28,695 bases of DNA from a bacterium (GTDB lineage: Bacteria; UBA8248): contig CAXXHI010000007.1 of the NCBI GenBank assembly GCA_963692865.2, forward strand, positions 1 to 28,695. The letters run 5' to 3'. The translations under genes were made by a program, and so were the position numbers. Under the pieces are notes generated by a model. It saw nothing but the letters and a program-made list of their open reading frames with translations. It was not told the DNA's origin and did no database searches. Below, in pieces: positions 11,122 to 21,098 of this stretch. Every line of letters starts with the position of its first letter. Position 1 is the stretch's first letter.

Positions 11122-11746
11122 GGGGTCAAACGCGAGTGAGGAGCGAGCGTTTGCAGACCGAGGAGAAGGGGTGCCAGCGTGATGCGATGCGAGAGGAAAT
11201 GCGGGCGGTTGCGGGGAAATGCGCAGTCGGCGAAAAACTTTTTTTGCCGCCGTATCTGAGTGCCGGACGCTAAGATTTATATGACAACCCTTTTGATTAC
11301 AACCACTTGCAAGAGATAAAATTTTCAGGAATTTATCCAAAAACCCCGTGAATTTATACAAATTTATACAAAATATCATTATTTTTATTATCAATCGTTT
11401 CCCTGAACCCACCGGCGTCGCCCCTCCGGCTGCGGCGGTCAAACCTTGGCAAAGAGCAAGAATCCATTCCAACCGAAGAAGCAGGAATTGACAGCCCGAT
11501 GACGGGAGATTTCCGGGCCAAGTAAAAAGATTTGCCGTTTTCACTCCCGCCGCACCACTGAATCCCATGAGAAACCTCCGCTCTTTCCGTTCAATTCCAG
11601 ACGATACGGGAAACCGCTTTCCCGCGCCGCGCGCACGATACCGCAGGGCGGGATTTCGGGGGGAAGAGGAATTGCGGGGAAATGCGTGGGTAAAGTCGAT
11701 TGAGAAAAGAAATGTGGGGTATACACTGCAACAACTTATACAAATT

Positions 11747-12661
11747 TCATAGTCTGGAAGAAATACGAGGCTCATAATCGAGTTGGGGCGCTTCCCCGGG
11801 TTGCTTCGGCAAGTCTTCGTTGAACAAAGGCGAATTCGAGTCCCATTCAATACGGGGCGTTACGTTACGCGCGGCCAGGATGGGCGCCGAAAAGACAAAA
11901 CGCTCGTCATACCGTCGGTAAATCGTCTCGAAGAATCGTTCGAAGCGTAAAGGGCTTTTCATTGGCGGGAAGGCGTCGAGCAGCTTCCCGGTGTTCGGGC
12001 CGCTCGTTTCCACCAAAGCGAGGCCGACCGCTTCGTATTTGCTGATCGTATCGCGCAAGTCGGCGCGCCCCTCCAGTTGCCTGAATGCTTCGTGGTAGCG
12101 GACGATTCCGTCCACCGGGTTTCCGTCTTGCCGGAGCGCAACGTCGTTATCGGCGAGTGGAGAAACGCTCCCGGCGCGATGCGCCCGAAGCACCGAGAAG
12201 TATCCGATCACGAGCGCGGCGTAGGTCATGTGCAGGTTCGTGCACTCACCAACCGCTTCCTCCATTCGGTTGGTGAGATTGCGAAACGCTTTCCCCGTGG
12301 TTTTACAGGAGACCCCAATGACGGGGCCGATGCCGGGTTTTTCCACGACTACGTCTACGCCTTTGGTCCTCAGACCGCCTAATACAACCGCCTCGCTACC
12401 GCTTGCCGCATTCAAGTCGAAGCGCAAGAGCTGGCTCGCGCCCTTCTTGACGGCTTTGAACGGCGGATGGGGCTTTATTTCATCGGGATGAAACCCGCCT
12501 TCGACGACCAGACGGCAGGCGATATACCAATGGAGCGGCTTTACGATATTCTGGCTTTGCGGCTTCTCTTCGGATGTGGCGAGGTGACGGAAGGTCTCTT
12601 TGGCCCCGAGCCAGTGGCAGACTTGCCAATCCTTCTTCGTGAACTCTTCAAGCCGCTTCAT
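11747..12661 (-). CDS. Putative type II restriction endonuclease (PD-(D/E)xK fold, distant PaeR7I/XhoI-like)
   Basis: TKGVDVVV...IGVSCK...FRNLTNRMEEAVGE; start overlaps the methyltransferase stop by 14 nt, RBS GGAGG. Confidence 0.7.
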   Translation of the reverse strand: MKRLEEFTKKDWQVCHWLGAKETFRHLATSEEKPQSQNIVKPLHWYIACRLVVEGGFHPDEIKPHPPFKAVKKGASQLLRFDLNAASGSEAVVLGGLRTKGVDVVVEKPGIGPVIGVSCKTTGKAFRNLTNRMEEAVGECTNLHMTYAALVIGYFSVLRAHRAGSVSPLADNDVALRQDGNPVDGIVRYHEAFRQLEGRADLRDTISKYEAVGLALVETSGPNTGKLLDAFPPMKSPLRFERFFETIYRRYDERFVFSAPILAARNVTPRIEWDSNSPLFNEDLPKQPGEAPQLDYEPRISSRL

Positions 12662-14195
12662 AGTGCCTCCAGGCCTGAAGCGCGGCGATGCCGTCTTGCA
12701 CAACCCTCTTTACATCCTCTGAAAGCGCCGTTTCGGATGGAGTCAGGATATTGCCCGCCTCCCGGGGTTCCAGCTTCAACATGCCTCCGCCTAAAGGATG
12801 ACCTTCGATTTCGCAGCTGAACTGGAATACGCCCGAGCGAAGCGCCGCCTGGATACGCGGCAGCATCGCCTTGTCCTTGAGCATGACTGCATGTAGCGAA
12901 TTCGTGCACGCGCAGCGCGCCGCATTCCGCACGAAGGAGACCCGGCGGCCGGACATGTAGCTGAGGAAGAAATCGGGAATCCTGACGTGTGGGACCACGT
13001 ACCAGGGATTGCGCGTTCGGCATTTGTATGCACCGGCGGCTTGCGCGGCTTGCGAACCGCGCAGGTATGCCTGCACTGATTTGGGGAGCCTCTGTTCTTT
13101 TCTCAGGCGCAAAAGCAGCGTTTTCTGATCCTCCCGGAGCCAGCGGCTGACCGTGGATGGATTGACCTGCACGGGCGGCAGGGAGCGCGCGTTTCGCACC
13201 GTCGTTTGCAGACAGTCGTTCGGGATACGAAGTTTCTCGACCTCGGACGGACTCAGGTGGAAAAAGTCGTTTGCGCCCGAGACGTAGCCGATGTTGACTT
13301 GCGCAAACTCGCGAAATCGCAGGCTGTTCTCGTCCGAAGCGAGTCGTTCGTAGAGTTCCCGGGCCGCGGCGGGCAACAGAAAGGGCCGCAGGCGCTTGCT
13401 CCATGAGTCCTGCCAAGTTTCCACATCTATGCGCGTTGTTCCGGTTGGCGGCTTTTCATGGAAAGTAAATTTCTCCAGAGCATTCAGTTTGATATGGGTG
13501 GTAGACCCGCCTTTGCCGTCTGCGTAGAGCAGCCAGCAGTCTTCCGATAATTCTGGGAAAAGTTTTTTTCTAACCGCGACGATTTGCAGGTGGTCAAAGC
13601 GTTCCGTCAGATATTCGATGAGCGGAGCGCTATACGGCGCATGTCCGATTTCCGCCGGAACAACGAAGGCCATGCGTCCGCCTTGATGCAGGAGGTGGGC
13701 CGTTACAACCAGGAAAAGCGGCCAGGAAGAGGTGAGTTTTGAGAAAGTGGCCCCAAGTTCGGCGCAAAGGGCGATGGCCCTTTGACGTTGAGCGCCTTTG
13801 AATCGCTGATAACGGATGAAGGGGGGATTCCCGGCGGCGCATTCGAAACGCTCTTCGGTGCTGCCCGCCCATGCGAAAAAATCACCCTCGTGAACCATCG
13901 CATGAGGCGCGCGACGGATGGCGGCGGGAGTGGCGAACGGGTCCAGTTCGATACCGACGCTATTTGGATGGCCGGCGATGAAACGTCCATCCCCGCAAGA
14001 TGGATCCAGAAGGCGATCATCCGGTTTCCTGACGGCCCAACCAAGCAGACTGCGCACTACTGGGTCGGGGGTATAGTAAGCTCCCTTCTCTTTTGCGCCG
14101 TTGCTGGAAAGATATCCACTATACCCGTTGTTACCCGTGCCCATATAACCATTCCCTTCCGCTTCGTTTATTTCACCAGCTAACGACTGCGGCAT
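12648..14195 (-). CDS. N6-adenine DNA methyltransferase (gamma class, TaqI/Eco57I-like)
   Basis: GAYYTP, motif I LDPSCGDGRF, motif IV AGNPPFIRY, C-terminal GGGMLKLEPRE; start could be 14144. Confidence 0.92.
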   Translation of the reverse strand: MPQSLAGEINEAEGNGYMGTGNNGYSGYLSSNGAKEKGAYYTPDPVVRSLLGWAVRKPDDRLLDPSCGDGRFIAGHPNSVGIELDPFATPAAIRRAPHAMVHEGDFFAWAGSTEERFECAAGNPPFIRYQRFKGAQRQRAIALCAELGATFSKLTSSWPLFLVVTAHLLHQGGRMAFVVPAEIGHAPYSAPLIEYLTERFDHLQIVAVRKKLFPELSEDCWLLYADGKGGSTTHIKLNALEKFTFHEKPPTGTTRIDVETWQDSWSKRLRPFLLPAAARELYERLASDENSLRFREFAQVNIGYVSGANDFFHLSPSEVEKLRIPNDCLQTTVRNARSLPPVQVNPSTVSRWLREDQKTLLLRLRKEQRLPKSVQAYLRGSQAAQAAGAYKCRTRNPWYVVPHVRIPDFFLSYMSGRRVSFVRNAARCACTNSLHAVMLKDKAMLPRIQAALRSGVFQFSCEIEGHPLGGGMLKLEPREAGNILTPSETALSEDVKRVVQDGIAALQAWRHYEAA

Positions 14196-14546
14196 CCGTC
14201 AAGTAGAGCAAATGCTCCTGATAGAGGCCATACTTCATTGTTTCCGCCTTCGGCTCGCGTTCTTGACTATCCGCCTGCTGTTGATCGACCTCTGCATCTC
14301 GTGTCCTCTCGACCGGTTCGCTTCCGTCGATTCATTGGTGGACTCGATAGACGTTGTTTCGTCGCGTTTCATTACGCTTCGGGGTCTCGTTCGGGCGTGG
14401 AATGAATCTGTATATCCATTCTAATGGGCGTTCGTCTTTCCGTCAACAGCTTTCGTCAAATTATCGCTTCCGTCCCTCCCACACTTCCGAAGTCCGTCCA
14501 CCCGGGTCCCTTGAAAAAGGGGTACGCACTCAACAGCAACAACCCC

Positions 14547-15383
14547 TCACACCTCAATCTCCAGCAAATCCCGTCCCAATATGACTTCGCCGCCGAAATC
14601 CCGCCGGACGTCCTCTTCGATCGCGCGCATGAGGCTTTCCGGCTTCTGGCGGAAGTGGGTGAGGACGAGTTTCTTGACGCCCGCGCTCGCGGCGATCTTT
14701 CCCGCCTGTGCGGAGGAGGGGAACAGGTAGCGCGTCAGGCGCTCGGTGTGCGCGTCGACGACCTCCGCCTGGGCCAGATAACAGCACAGCACGAGGGCGT
14801 CCGCCCCCCGCGCCAGGCGTTGAAGCCCTGCGCAGGGGATCGTATCGCCGCTGATGGCGACGCTCTTCCCCGCAGCCTCAAGTCTATAGCCAAGCGTCAC
14901 CCAGTCGAAATCGGGGATTCCCAATCCCTGGCCGTGCTCGACGAACTCCGCATACACCTTCCAGCTCCCGCCCTCACAGACGAGGCCCGCGCCGGTTTCT
15001 TCGACTTTCACCGGCTTCCAGCCCCCGACGGCGGGCTCTCCCTCGGCCCGGAAGCGGATGTCCTTCGCGTAGACCCGATCGATGAGGGCGGTTACGATCT
15101 CCGCCGTTCCCGCCGGCCCGTATACGCGCAAGGCGCCCGGACGCCCCTGTAGCCAGGTGCTCAGGATCACGTCGCCCAGATCGCTGATGTGATCGAAGTG
15201 ATGATGCGTGATGAAGACGGGATTCAGCTTCTCGAGGGGCGCGCCCGCGCGGACGAGTTGGGTCACCGCCCCGCGGCCGCAGTCGAAGAGCAGCCACTCA
15301 TCGCCCACGTTGACCACGAGAGAGGAACCCTGGCGCGCCGGGTCCGGCCGGGGGCCGCCCGTGCCGAGCAGGGTGATCTTCAT
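14547..15383 (-). CDS. MBL-fold metallo-hydrolase (RNase Z/arylsulfatase-like)
   Basis: LLGTGGP, FDCGRG, THHHFDH, SGDT, LVLTHF; ATGA overlap with the tctA-like stop. Confidence 0.9.
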   Translation of the reverse strand: MKITLLGTGGPRPDPARQGSSLVVNVGDEWLLFDCGRGAVTQLVRAGAPLEKLNPVFITHHHFDHISDLGDVILSTWLQGRPGALRVYGPAGTAEIVTALIDRVYAKDIRFRAEGEPAVGGWKPVKVEETGAGLVCEGGSWKVYAEFVEHGQGLGIPDFDWVTLGYRLEAAGKSVAISGDTIPCAGLQRLARGADALVLCCYLAQAEVVDAHTERLTRYLFPSSAQAGKIAASAGVKKLVLTHFRQKPESLMRAIEEDVRRDFGGEVILGRDLLEIEV

Positions 15384-16888
15384 TCTTCCTCCTCCGGCGG
15401 GAAGTGCGGGGCGCTCTTGCCGCGCATGAAGAACGGATAAAGCAGAAGGATCGCCGAGGCGATCCACGCGAGCAGGGCGAGCGGGTGCGCGATGAAGGTT
15501 TCATAGCTCCCCCGCGAGATGACGAGCGACTGGCGCACCTTTTCTTCAAAGAGCCTGCCCAGGACGAACGCGAGCACGAGCGGCGCGCCCGGATAGTTCA
15601 GCTTGCGCATCATGTAGCCCAGCAGCCCGAAGACGGCCATGAGCAGGACGTCCACCGGGTTGTTGCTCACGCTGTAGGCGCCGATTCCGCAGAAGAGAAG
15701 TATCATGGGCCAGAGGTAGCGGTAGGGCACGGTGAGCAGGCGGGCCCACATGCCCACCAGCGGCAGGTTAAGCAGGAGGAGCAACGCGTTTCCGGTGTAC
15801 ATGCTCGTCACCACACCCCAGAAGATGGCGGGGTGCTCGGTGATCAGCAGCGGCCCCGGCTGCACGCCGTGGGTGAGAAAGGCCGCCGTGAGCACGGCCA
15901 CTGCAGCACTCGGGGCGATGCCCAGCGTAAGCAGGGGAATCATGCTGCCCGCAGTGGCGGAGTTGTTGGCCGCCTCGGGCCCCGCCACGCCCTCGATGAC
16001 GCCCGTGCCGAACTTTTCAGGCTTCCTGGAGATGCGCCGCTCCAGGGAATAGGAGAGAAAAGGAGGCACGATGGTGCCCATGCCGGGCAGGATACCCATG
16101 AAGAACCCGACGACGCTCCCTCGCCCGATGGCCGGAGCGGAGTCGCGCCAGTCCTGGCGCGTGGGCCACAACCCCTTGATGCGGCCCTTGAACACTTCCA
16201 TCTTCTCTGATTTCTCCAGGTTGATCAGCACCTCCGAGATGCCGAACAGCCCGATCACCAGGGGAGCGAAGCCCACCCCGTCCATCAGGGTGAAGGTGCC
16301 GAAATCATAGCGCGGCGTGGATTCCACCGGGTCCAGGCCGACGGTGGAGAGCAGAAATCCGAGCAGGGCCGAAGCCGCGGCGCGCGGGCGCGAGCCGCCG
16401 CTGAACTGGACCACCAGCAGAAAGCTCAGGCACAGGAGCGCGACCAATTCGGGCGGGCCGATTTTGACGGCCATCTCGGCCAGGGCGGGCGCCATGAGCG
16501 TGATGCCCAGAACGCCCAGCGTTCCCGCGATGAACGAGCCCCAGGCGCAGATGGCGAGCGCAGGCCCCGCCCTTCCTTTCCGCGCCATCTGGTAGCCGTC
16601 CAGGGTGGTCACGACCGAAGACGCCTCGCCGGGCAGGTTGAGCAGAATCGACGTGGTGGAGCCGCCGTACATCGCCCCGTAGAACACCCCCGCCATGATG
16701 ATGATGGCGGCCGTGGGTTCCATCTTGATGGTGATCGGGAGCAGGAGGGACATGGTGGCGACCGGGCCGAGACCCGGCAGCACACCGATGGCCGTCCCCA
16801 CGAAAACGCCCATGAAACAGGCGAGGAGGTTGTGCGGGGCGAGGCTCACCGAGAAGCCGAAATAGAGGTTTGCGAAAAGATCGGCCAT
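15380..16888 (-). CDS. tctA: Tripartite tricarboxylate transporter large permease, TctA family
   Basis: GVLPGLGP, YGAMYGGSTTSILLNLPG, GPEAANNS, HGVQPGP. Confidence 0.95.
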   Translation of the reverse strand: MADLFANLYFGFSVSLAPHNLLACFMGVFVGTAIGVLPGLGPVATMSLLLPITIKMEPTAAIIIMAGVFYGAMYGGSTTSILLNLPGEASSVVTTLDGYQMARKGRAGPALAICAWGSFIAGTLGVLGITLMAPALAEMAVKIGPPELVALLCLSFLLVVQFSGGSRPRAAASALLGFLLSTVGLDPVESTPRYDFGTFTLMDGVGFAPLVIGLFGISEVLINLEKSEKMEVFKGRIKGLWPTRQDWRDSAPAIGRGSVVGFFMGILPGMGTIVPPFLSYSLERRISRKPEKFGTGVIEGVAGPEAANNSATAGSMIPLLTLGIAPSAAVAVLTAAFLTHGVQPGPLLITEHPAIFWGVVTSMYTGNALLLLLNLPLVGMWARLLTVPYRYLWPMILLFCGIGAYSVSNNPVDVLLMAVFGLLGYMMRKLNYPGAPLVLAFVLGRLFEEKVRQSLVISRGSYETFIAHPLALLAWIASAILLLYPFFMRGKSAPHFPPEEEE

Positions 16889-17343
16889 CAAAACCCCAGC
16901 AGACCGCGGGGGAAGTGCACGTTCAACGCCTTGACGAAGAGGAGGAAAGCCGCCGCCGAGGCGACGCCTGAGATCAGGAGACCCCGGAGGAGGGACTGGC
17001 GGTCGATGACGAGCCAGCAGAACGCCATGAAGATGAACGTCGTTGCGAGGAATCCAACAAATTCAAGCAAAAGCCCGAATAGCGCCGTCCCCGCCATGAC
17101 GGAGAGAACCCGTCTGTACCCGGCAAGCGTGAATACGGCCCCGGAGGACGCCTCATCCTCCGGGCTTTGACGGAGGTGCCGCGTCATCAGGTAGAGCGAT
17201 GTGGCCGCGAGACCTACGCATATCCAGAAAGGGAAAAATCCCGGTTCGGGCCGGTTGACGCTCCCAAGACCTAACCGGTAGGCGAACCAGCCCATGAGCA
17301 TTGAGACGGCGAGCAGCGCCGCGGGAGGGGCAATCTTTCGCAT
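16888..17343 (-). CDS. tctB: Tripartite tricarboxylate transporter small permease, TctB family
   Basis: PEPGFFP motif, about 4 TM segments, C-terminal FPRG, located between tctC and tctA. Confidence 0.9.
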   Translation of the reverse strand: MRKIAPPAALLAVSMLMGWFAYRLGLGSVNRPEPGFFPFWICVGLAATSLYLMTRHLRQSPEDEASSGAVFTLAGYRRVLSVMAGTALFGLLLEFVGFLATTFIFMAFCWLVIDRQSLLRGLLISGVASAAAFLLFVKALNVHFPRGLLGF

Positions 17344-17352
17344 GAGCCCGCT

Positions 17353-18321
17353 CTATTTTTTCTTGATGCCGACGGCCTTCATGATCTCCTTGGAAGTCTC
17401 GTGGTCCTGGCGGGCGAGCTTCTTCGCGCCCGCCCCGTCCACGAATTCCACCCGGAAGCCCGCCTTGTTCAGCTTTTTCACCACTGCCGGATCGCCTGCG
17501 GTCTTCCTGAGGGCTGCGGAGAGCTTGTCGAGAACGGCCTTGGGCGTTCCCTTCGGCGCCCACAGACCGGCCCATAGCCCGATGCTCGCCCGTCCGAGGC
17601 CCTTTTCCTTGAGCGTCGGAATTTTGGGGAACTTCGGGTCCCGCGCGTTGTCCGTGATGGCCAGGCCCACCAGTTTGCCCGCCCGGATGAGCGCCTGCAT
17701 CGCGCCGAATCCACCCGCCGAGAAGTCCACGTGGCCGCCCAGGGCGGCGTTTCGCGCGGGGCCGGAACCCTTGTAGTGCACGGGCGTCGCCTTAAGGCCC
17801 TGCATGGCGAGAATGGCCGCCATGGTGAGATACGGCGCGGTCGGCGCTCCGCTCGTGCCGTAGTTCAGTTTCCCGGGGTTTTTCTTGATGTGGGCGAGGA
17901 GGCCGTCGAGGTTCTTCCAGCGCATGTCGGGTTTGGAGACGATGCCCGTAGCCCCGAAGGCGTACGCGCCGATGTACTCGTAGTCATCCAGCCCGAAGGG
18001 CAGGGTGCGCAGCGCCGTTCCCACGGTGAGGGGCGCGGACATGGTCGAGAGAATGGTGTAGCCGTCCGGCTTGGCCTTCTTGACGTAGGTGTAGGCGATG
18101 GCGCCGCCTGCGCCGGGCTTGTTGACGAGCTGGATGGCGCCGCCGAAATTCTTCTGGAGCGCGGGGTGGATGATGCGGATCGTGGTGTCTCCCGGCCCTC
18201 CCGGCGGGAAGGAGATGATGAACTGAACGGGGTAGCCGGGGTATTTTGCGGAATGCGCGCTCTGGATCGGCAGGCAAACCAGCGCAACGACGAACAGGAG
18301 AAACAGCGAACGACGAGGCAT
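17353..18321 (-). CDS. tctC: Tripartite tricarboxylate transporter substrate-binding protein (TctC/Bug)
   Basis: Signal peptide, FPPGGPGD, VNKPGAGG, PDGYT, HYKGSG, IPTLKE; RBS GGAGG. Confidence 0.93.
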   Translation of the reverse strand: MPRRSLFLLFVVALVCLPIQSAHSAKYPGYPVQFIISFPPGGPGDTTIRIIHPALQKNFGGAIQLVNKPGAGGAIAYTYVKKAKPDGYTILSTMSAPLTVGTALRTLPFGLDDYEYIGAYAFGATGIVSKPDMRWKNLDGLLAHIKKNPGKLNYGTSGAPTAPYLTMAAILAMQGLKATPVHYKGSGPARNAALGGHVDFSAGGFGAMQALIRAGKLVGLAITDNARDPKFPKIPTLKEKGLGRASIGLWAGLWAPKGTPKAVLDKLSAALRKTAGDPAVVKKLNKAGFRVEFVDGAGAKKLARQDHETSKEIMKAVGIKKK

Positions 18322-18575
18322 GACGTTTTCCTCCATGCTGCAGGAAATGCGGGGAACCGCGCCGCCCCCGGCATATCTCCTGACTCAGGAACGAATAAAC
18401 CTCTTACGCGCAAATTGAACGTGGTTTCAGGGAGTATAGCAAAACGGCGCGCCGGGTGTCATCGGGCGAAATTTGCGCCCGCCGGAGAGATGCGCTCCCC
18501 CATCCTTCGATACGGCGCTTATGCGTCTACTCAGGATGAAGGTTCGGGGCACAGGGATACCGCTTTGCCGAAGGG

Positions 18576-18652
18576 TGTGTAGGGGCCGCATACATGCGGC
18601 CTGGCCTTTTTTCGCCACCTGTCATGGGCCGCATGTATGCGGCCCCTACACA
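18576..18652. repeat. GTAG REP doublet (same family as the 2498 unit)
   Basis: TGTGTAGGGGCCGCATACATGCGGCC ... GGCCGCATGTATGCGGCCCCTACACA. Confidence 0.9.
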
Positions 18653-18684
18653 AAAATCCTTCATTCGCAAAAGCGGCCTTTGAT

Positions 18685-18824
18685 CGTCATTCCGGCGCAT
18701 GCCGGAATCCAGGGACTTTGCTTTTCGTTCTTTGGGCGTCGTTTCGGTCGAATGAACGAGGAAATGGAACGCCGTAATTTACTCTTCTCATCGGTTCTAG
18801 ATTCCGGCTTTCGCCGGAATGACG
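18685..18824. repeat. CGTCATTCCGGC-type palindromic element
   Basis: CGTCATTCCGGCGCATGCCGGAATC ... GATTCCGGCTTTCGCCGGAATGACG. Confidence 0.88.
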
Positions 18825-18855
18825 GGCGTTGCGACCCTCCAAAGGGGTGGGTCCC

Positions 18856-18881
18856 GTAGGGGCGGACCTGTGTGTCCGCCC
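18856..18881 (+). repeat. Single GTAG REP of a different stem family
   Basis: GTAG-GGGCGGAC-CTGTGT-GTCCGCCC. Confidence 0.8.
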
Positions 18882-18907
18882 GACCCATTCACCTCCAGGG
18901 CGACCCC

Positions 18908-19348
18908 CTATCCCCCCAGATACGCGCTGAGATTCTCCAGGCACTCGGCCCAGCCTCCCCGGTGCTCGTCGCGCATGTTCTCGTCGGGGAATCCCTCGTG
19001 CGTGAGGGTGACAGTGGTCTCATCGCCCTCTCCGGTGAAATCGACCCTCACCAGGGTTTCGGGATAATCCCAATCCCCCCGCTCCCAGCGGAAGGTGAAG
19101 ACGAGACGCTCAGGATGCCGTATCTCGACGAACGCCCCGTTCAGGTAGAACGACTCCCCCTCGTCGGTCCGCATCTCGACGCGGTATCTCCCGCCGACGC
19201 TTGCATCCATCTCGACCGAGGGCGCGGTGTGGCCCTCCGTTCCCCACCACTGCTTTAGCGCCTCGGCTTGCGTCCACGCGGCGAAGACTCTCTCCCTGGG
19301 CGCCTGGAAGGTTCGTTTGATGAGCAGCGTCATTTTCGTTTCGATCAT
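18908..19348 (-). CDS. SRPBCC (AHSA1-like) domain protein
   Basis: RTFQAPRERVFAAWT...KQWWG...PERLVFTFRW...HRGGW; ATGA overlap with arsR-like gene. Confidence 0.92.
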   Translation of the reverse strand: MIETKMTLLIKRTFQAPRERVFAAWTQAEALKQWWGTEGHTAPSVEMDASVGGRYRVEMRTDEGESFYLNGAFVEIRHPERLVFTFRWERGDWDYPETLVRVDFTGEGDETTVTLTHEGFPDENMRDEHRGGWAECLENLSAYLGG

Positions 19349-19695
19349 TTCGAAGTCTCCGTGTCTGTCGTTTCATCGAGATATCGGGCGAGGGAATCGA
19401 GTCCCTCCTCCCAGAACCGTTTGTGGAAATCGAGCCATTCGGACGCCTCGCGCATCGCTTCGGCCTTGAGGCTCAGACGATGGACGCGGCCCCTTTTCTC
19501 TCTATGGATCAGGCCGGCGCGCTCGAGAACGCGCAGGTGTCTTGAAATCGCCGGCAGGGAAATATCGAATGGCGCGGCGAGGCCGGTGACGGTCGCTTCT
19601 CCCCGGGAGAGACGCGAGAGGATGGCCCGCCTCGTGGGGTCGGAAAGCGCGGAAAAAGTCGCGTCGAGACCGGCTTGCGCGTTCATGATCGGCAT
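19345..19695 (-). CDS. ArsR/SmtB-family transcriptional regulator
   Basis: FSALSDPTRRAIL, SLPAISRHLRVLERAGLI; start 19695 or 19686. Confidence 0.95.
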   Translation of the reverse strand: MPIMNAQAGLDATFSALSDPTRRAILSRLSRGEATVTGLAAPFDISLPAISRHLRVLERAGLIHREKRGRVHRLSLKAEAMREASEWLDFHKRFWEEGLDSLARYLDETTDTETSK

Positions 19696-19780
19696 GACCT
19701 CCTTGGTGAGAGGAATTCACTCCCAGCTAACGTGGTTGCGGGCTTCTCTCTTGAACAACATTGCTAACCAACGAGAGAGA

Positions 19781-19868
19781 AGAGAATCACTCCCCCTCAA
19801 GGGGGGAGTGAACTTCAAAAGCGTGCGCGCAACCCAAATCGCTTCCCGGGACTTTTTCAACAATCCCC
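19781..19868. repeat. CACTCCCCC hairpin plus solitary IS-like end
   Basis: TCACTCCCCCTCAAGGGGGGAGTGA (19787-19811) and GGGACTTTTTCAACAATCCCC (19848-19868). Confidence 0.75.
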
Positions 19869-19909
19869 TCCCGGTCGGGTCCAACCTTCCCTCATCGGTC
19901 AGGTTGGAT

Positions 19910-20428
19910 CTAAAACGCCCAGCCGAAACCGGTGATGAATCCACGCAGATAGCAGATCTGCCCGCAGTGCTGGTGATAGTCGCTGGCTACCCTTCCCAGG
20001 TATTCTCCGGTTTTGATGGCACCTCCTCCGATGTCGGTGATTTCCTTTTCGAGGTCTTCCGCCGAAAGTGATTTCAGTACCGGAGTCGTCCTCGCCCGGA
20101 CGGCGTTGGCGTAGCCGATCACGTCCTGTTTCGTGACTTTTAAGCGCATCACCCGTTCGAGCGAGTCGCCGAAGCCGATCTGTTTCGGCTCGGGCGCCAT
20201 ATCGAATTTCTCGTGCCATTTCTCGGCGATCCAGACCTGCTCCTCACAGGCTATCGCCGCCAAGGCGCAATCCTCGACCCTCGTCTTGTGCCACATCAGC
20301 CAGCCGATGGGGTTGTCCTGGTCGCTGGGCCGTTTCATGAGGTCCGCGTCATCGAGACCCTTCAGGGCCCGTTTCACGAGTCCGTCGCTCATCTCGAATG
20401 TGAAGGCGATCATTTGCGCTCCGTTCAT
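19910..20428 (-). CDS. DinB-family protein
   Basis: NPIGWLMWH..VED and HQHCGQICYLR; RBS AGGAG. Confidence 0.9.
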   Translation of the reverse strand: MNGAQMIAFTFEMSDGLVKRALKGLDDADLMKRPSDQDNPIGWLMWHKTRVEDCALAAIACEEQVWIAEKWHEKFDMAPEPKQIGFGDSLERVMRLKVTKQDVIGYANAVRARTTPVLKSLSAEDLEKEITDIGGGAIKTGEYLGRVASDYHQHCGQICYLRGFITGFGWAF

Positions 20429-20508
20429 GGAAAGCTCCTGTCATTGAGTAGTGCGTGAAATGATTTAACGATGAATCATATAACTCCCGGTTTCTGGTTC
20501 CATGCTTT

Positions 20509-20922
20509 TCAGATGAATTTCTCTTCGCGGTGGATGAAGCCGATGCAAAGGCCGAAGGCTCCGAATTGCAGCGCGAGATAGAGCGTTTCCATTAAGACAA
20601 ACGCAGACGCGCCCGCCACCTCCTGCTTGGCGACGAAGGCGAGCACGTGGGAAGTCCAGAAGAAGGCGCCCGTGATGAGGGCGAACCTGATCCCTCGCCG
20701 GAAACTGCTTCCCCCGGTCTTCAGCATCGGAAACAGGGCGCAGAGCAGAACCCCCTGAAGCACGATGCTCAGCAGACCGAGGAGAAAATCCGGCTCCCCC
20801 TCGAAGTAGCCGAACGATTCGTATCTCTCCTTGAAAAGCGCCACATGCCAGACCACGGCGAGAGAGAACGTGCAGATCGTATAGGCGGCGGTCCCCATGA
20901 CCAGCTTCCCGGCGCCCTTCAT
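20509..20922 (-). CDS. Small four-TM membrane protein (DUF1761-like)
   Basis: VVWHVALFKERY followed by hydrophobic helices; start MKGAGKL coupled (TGATG) to an upstream mini-ORF. Confidence 0.7.
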   Translation of the reverse strand: MKGAGKLVMGTAAYTICTFSLAVVWHVALFKERYESFGYFEGEPDFLLGLLSIVLQGVLLCALFPMLKTGGSSFRRGIRFALITGAFFWTSHVLAFVAKQEVAGASAFVLMETLYLALQFGAFGLCIGFIHREEKFI

Positions 20923-21056
20923 CACGCCCCCGCGCCCGGTTGAATGGGGGATGTCTCGTCCGCTTTTGAAGCGGCGGAAGGCGGTCTTCTCTCCAGGTCG
21001 TCTCCCGCTTCGATGGCTCGGCCCCGTATGCCGGAAACGATTTGCGCGCCGTTCAT
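20922..21056 (-). pseudogene. 44-aa mini-ORF beginning like dinB (MNGAQ); probable remnant or leader
   Basis: RBS and first 5 codons 26/28 identical to those of dinB; stop overlaps the next ATG. Confidence 0.5.
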
Positions 21057-21098
21057 GGGAAGCTCCTGCTTTTGAATGGTCATGAAACGACTTAATGA

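Noticed and set aside
11280-11400. Replication origin (TTATACAAA and TTATCCAAA resemble DnaA boxes)
   Set aside because: No exact TTATCCACA box, no dnaA/dnaN/gidA context, and the same motif recurs at 3817-3849
9952-11850. 632-aa minus-strand ORF
   Set aside because: Shadow of gpsA extending through non-coding sequence; no protein-like features
14235-14372. 45-aa ORF upstream of the methyltransferase as an RM controller protein
   Set aside because: No helix-turn-helix pattern, low complexity, no clear RBS or C-box
14430-14546. Short TT(C)CGTC repeats and a possible IS-like end (CTTGAAAAAGG) at the RM border
   Set aside because: Too short and degenerate to separate from chance
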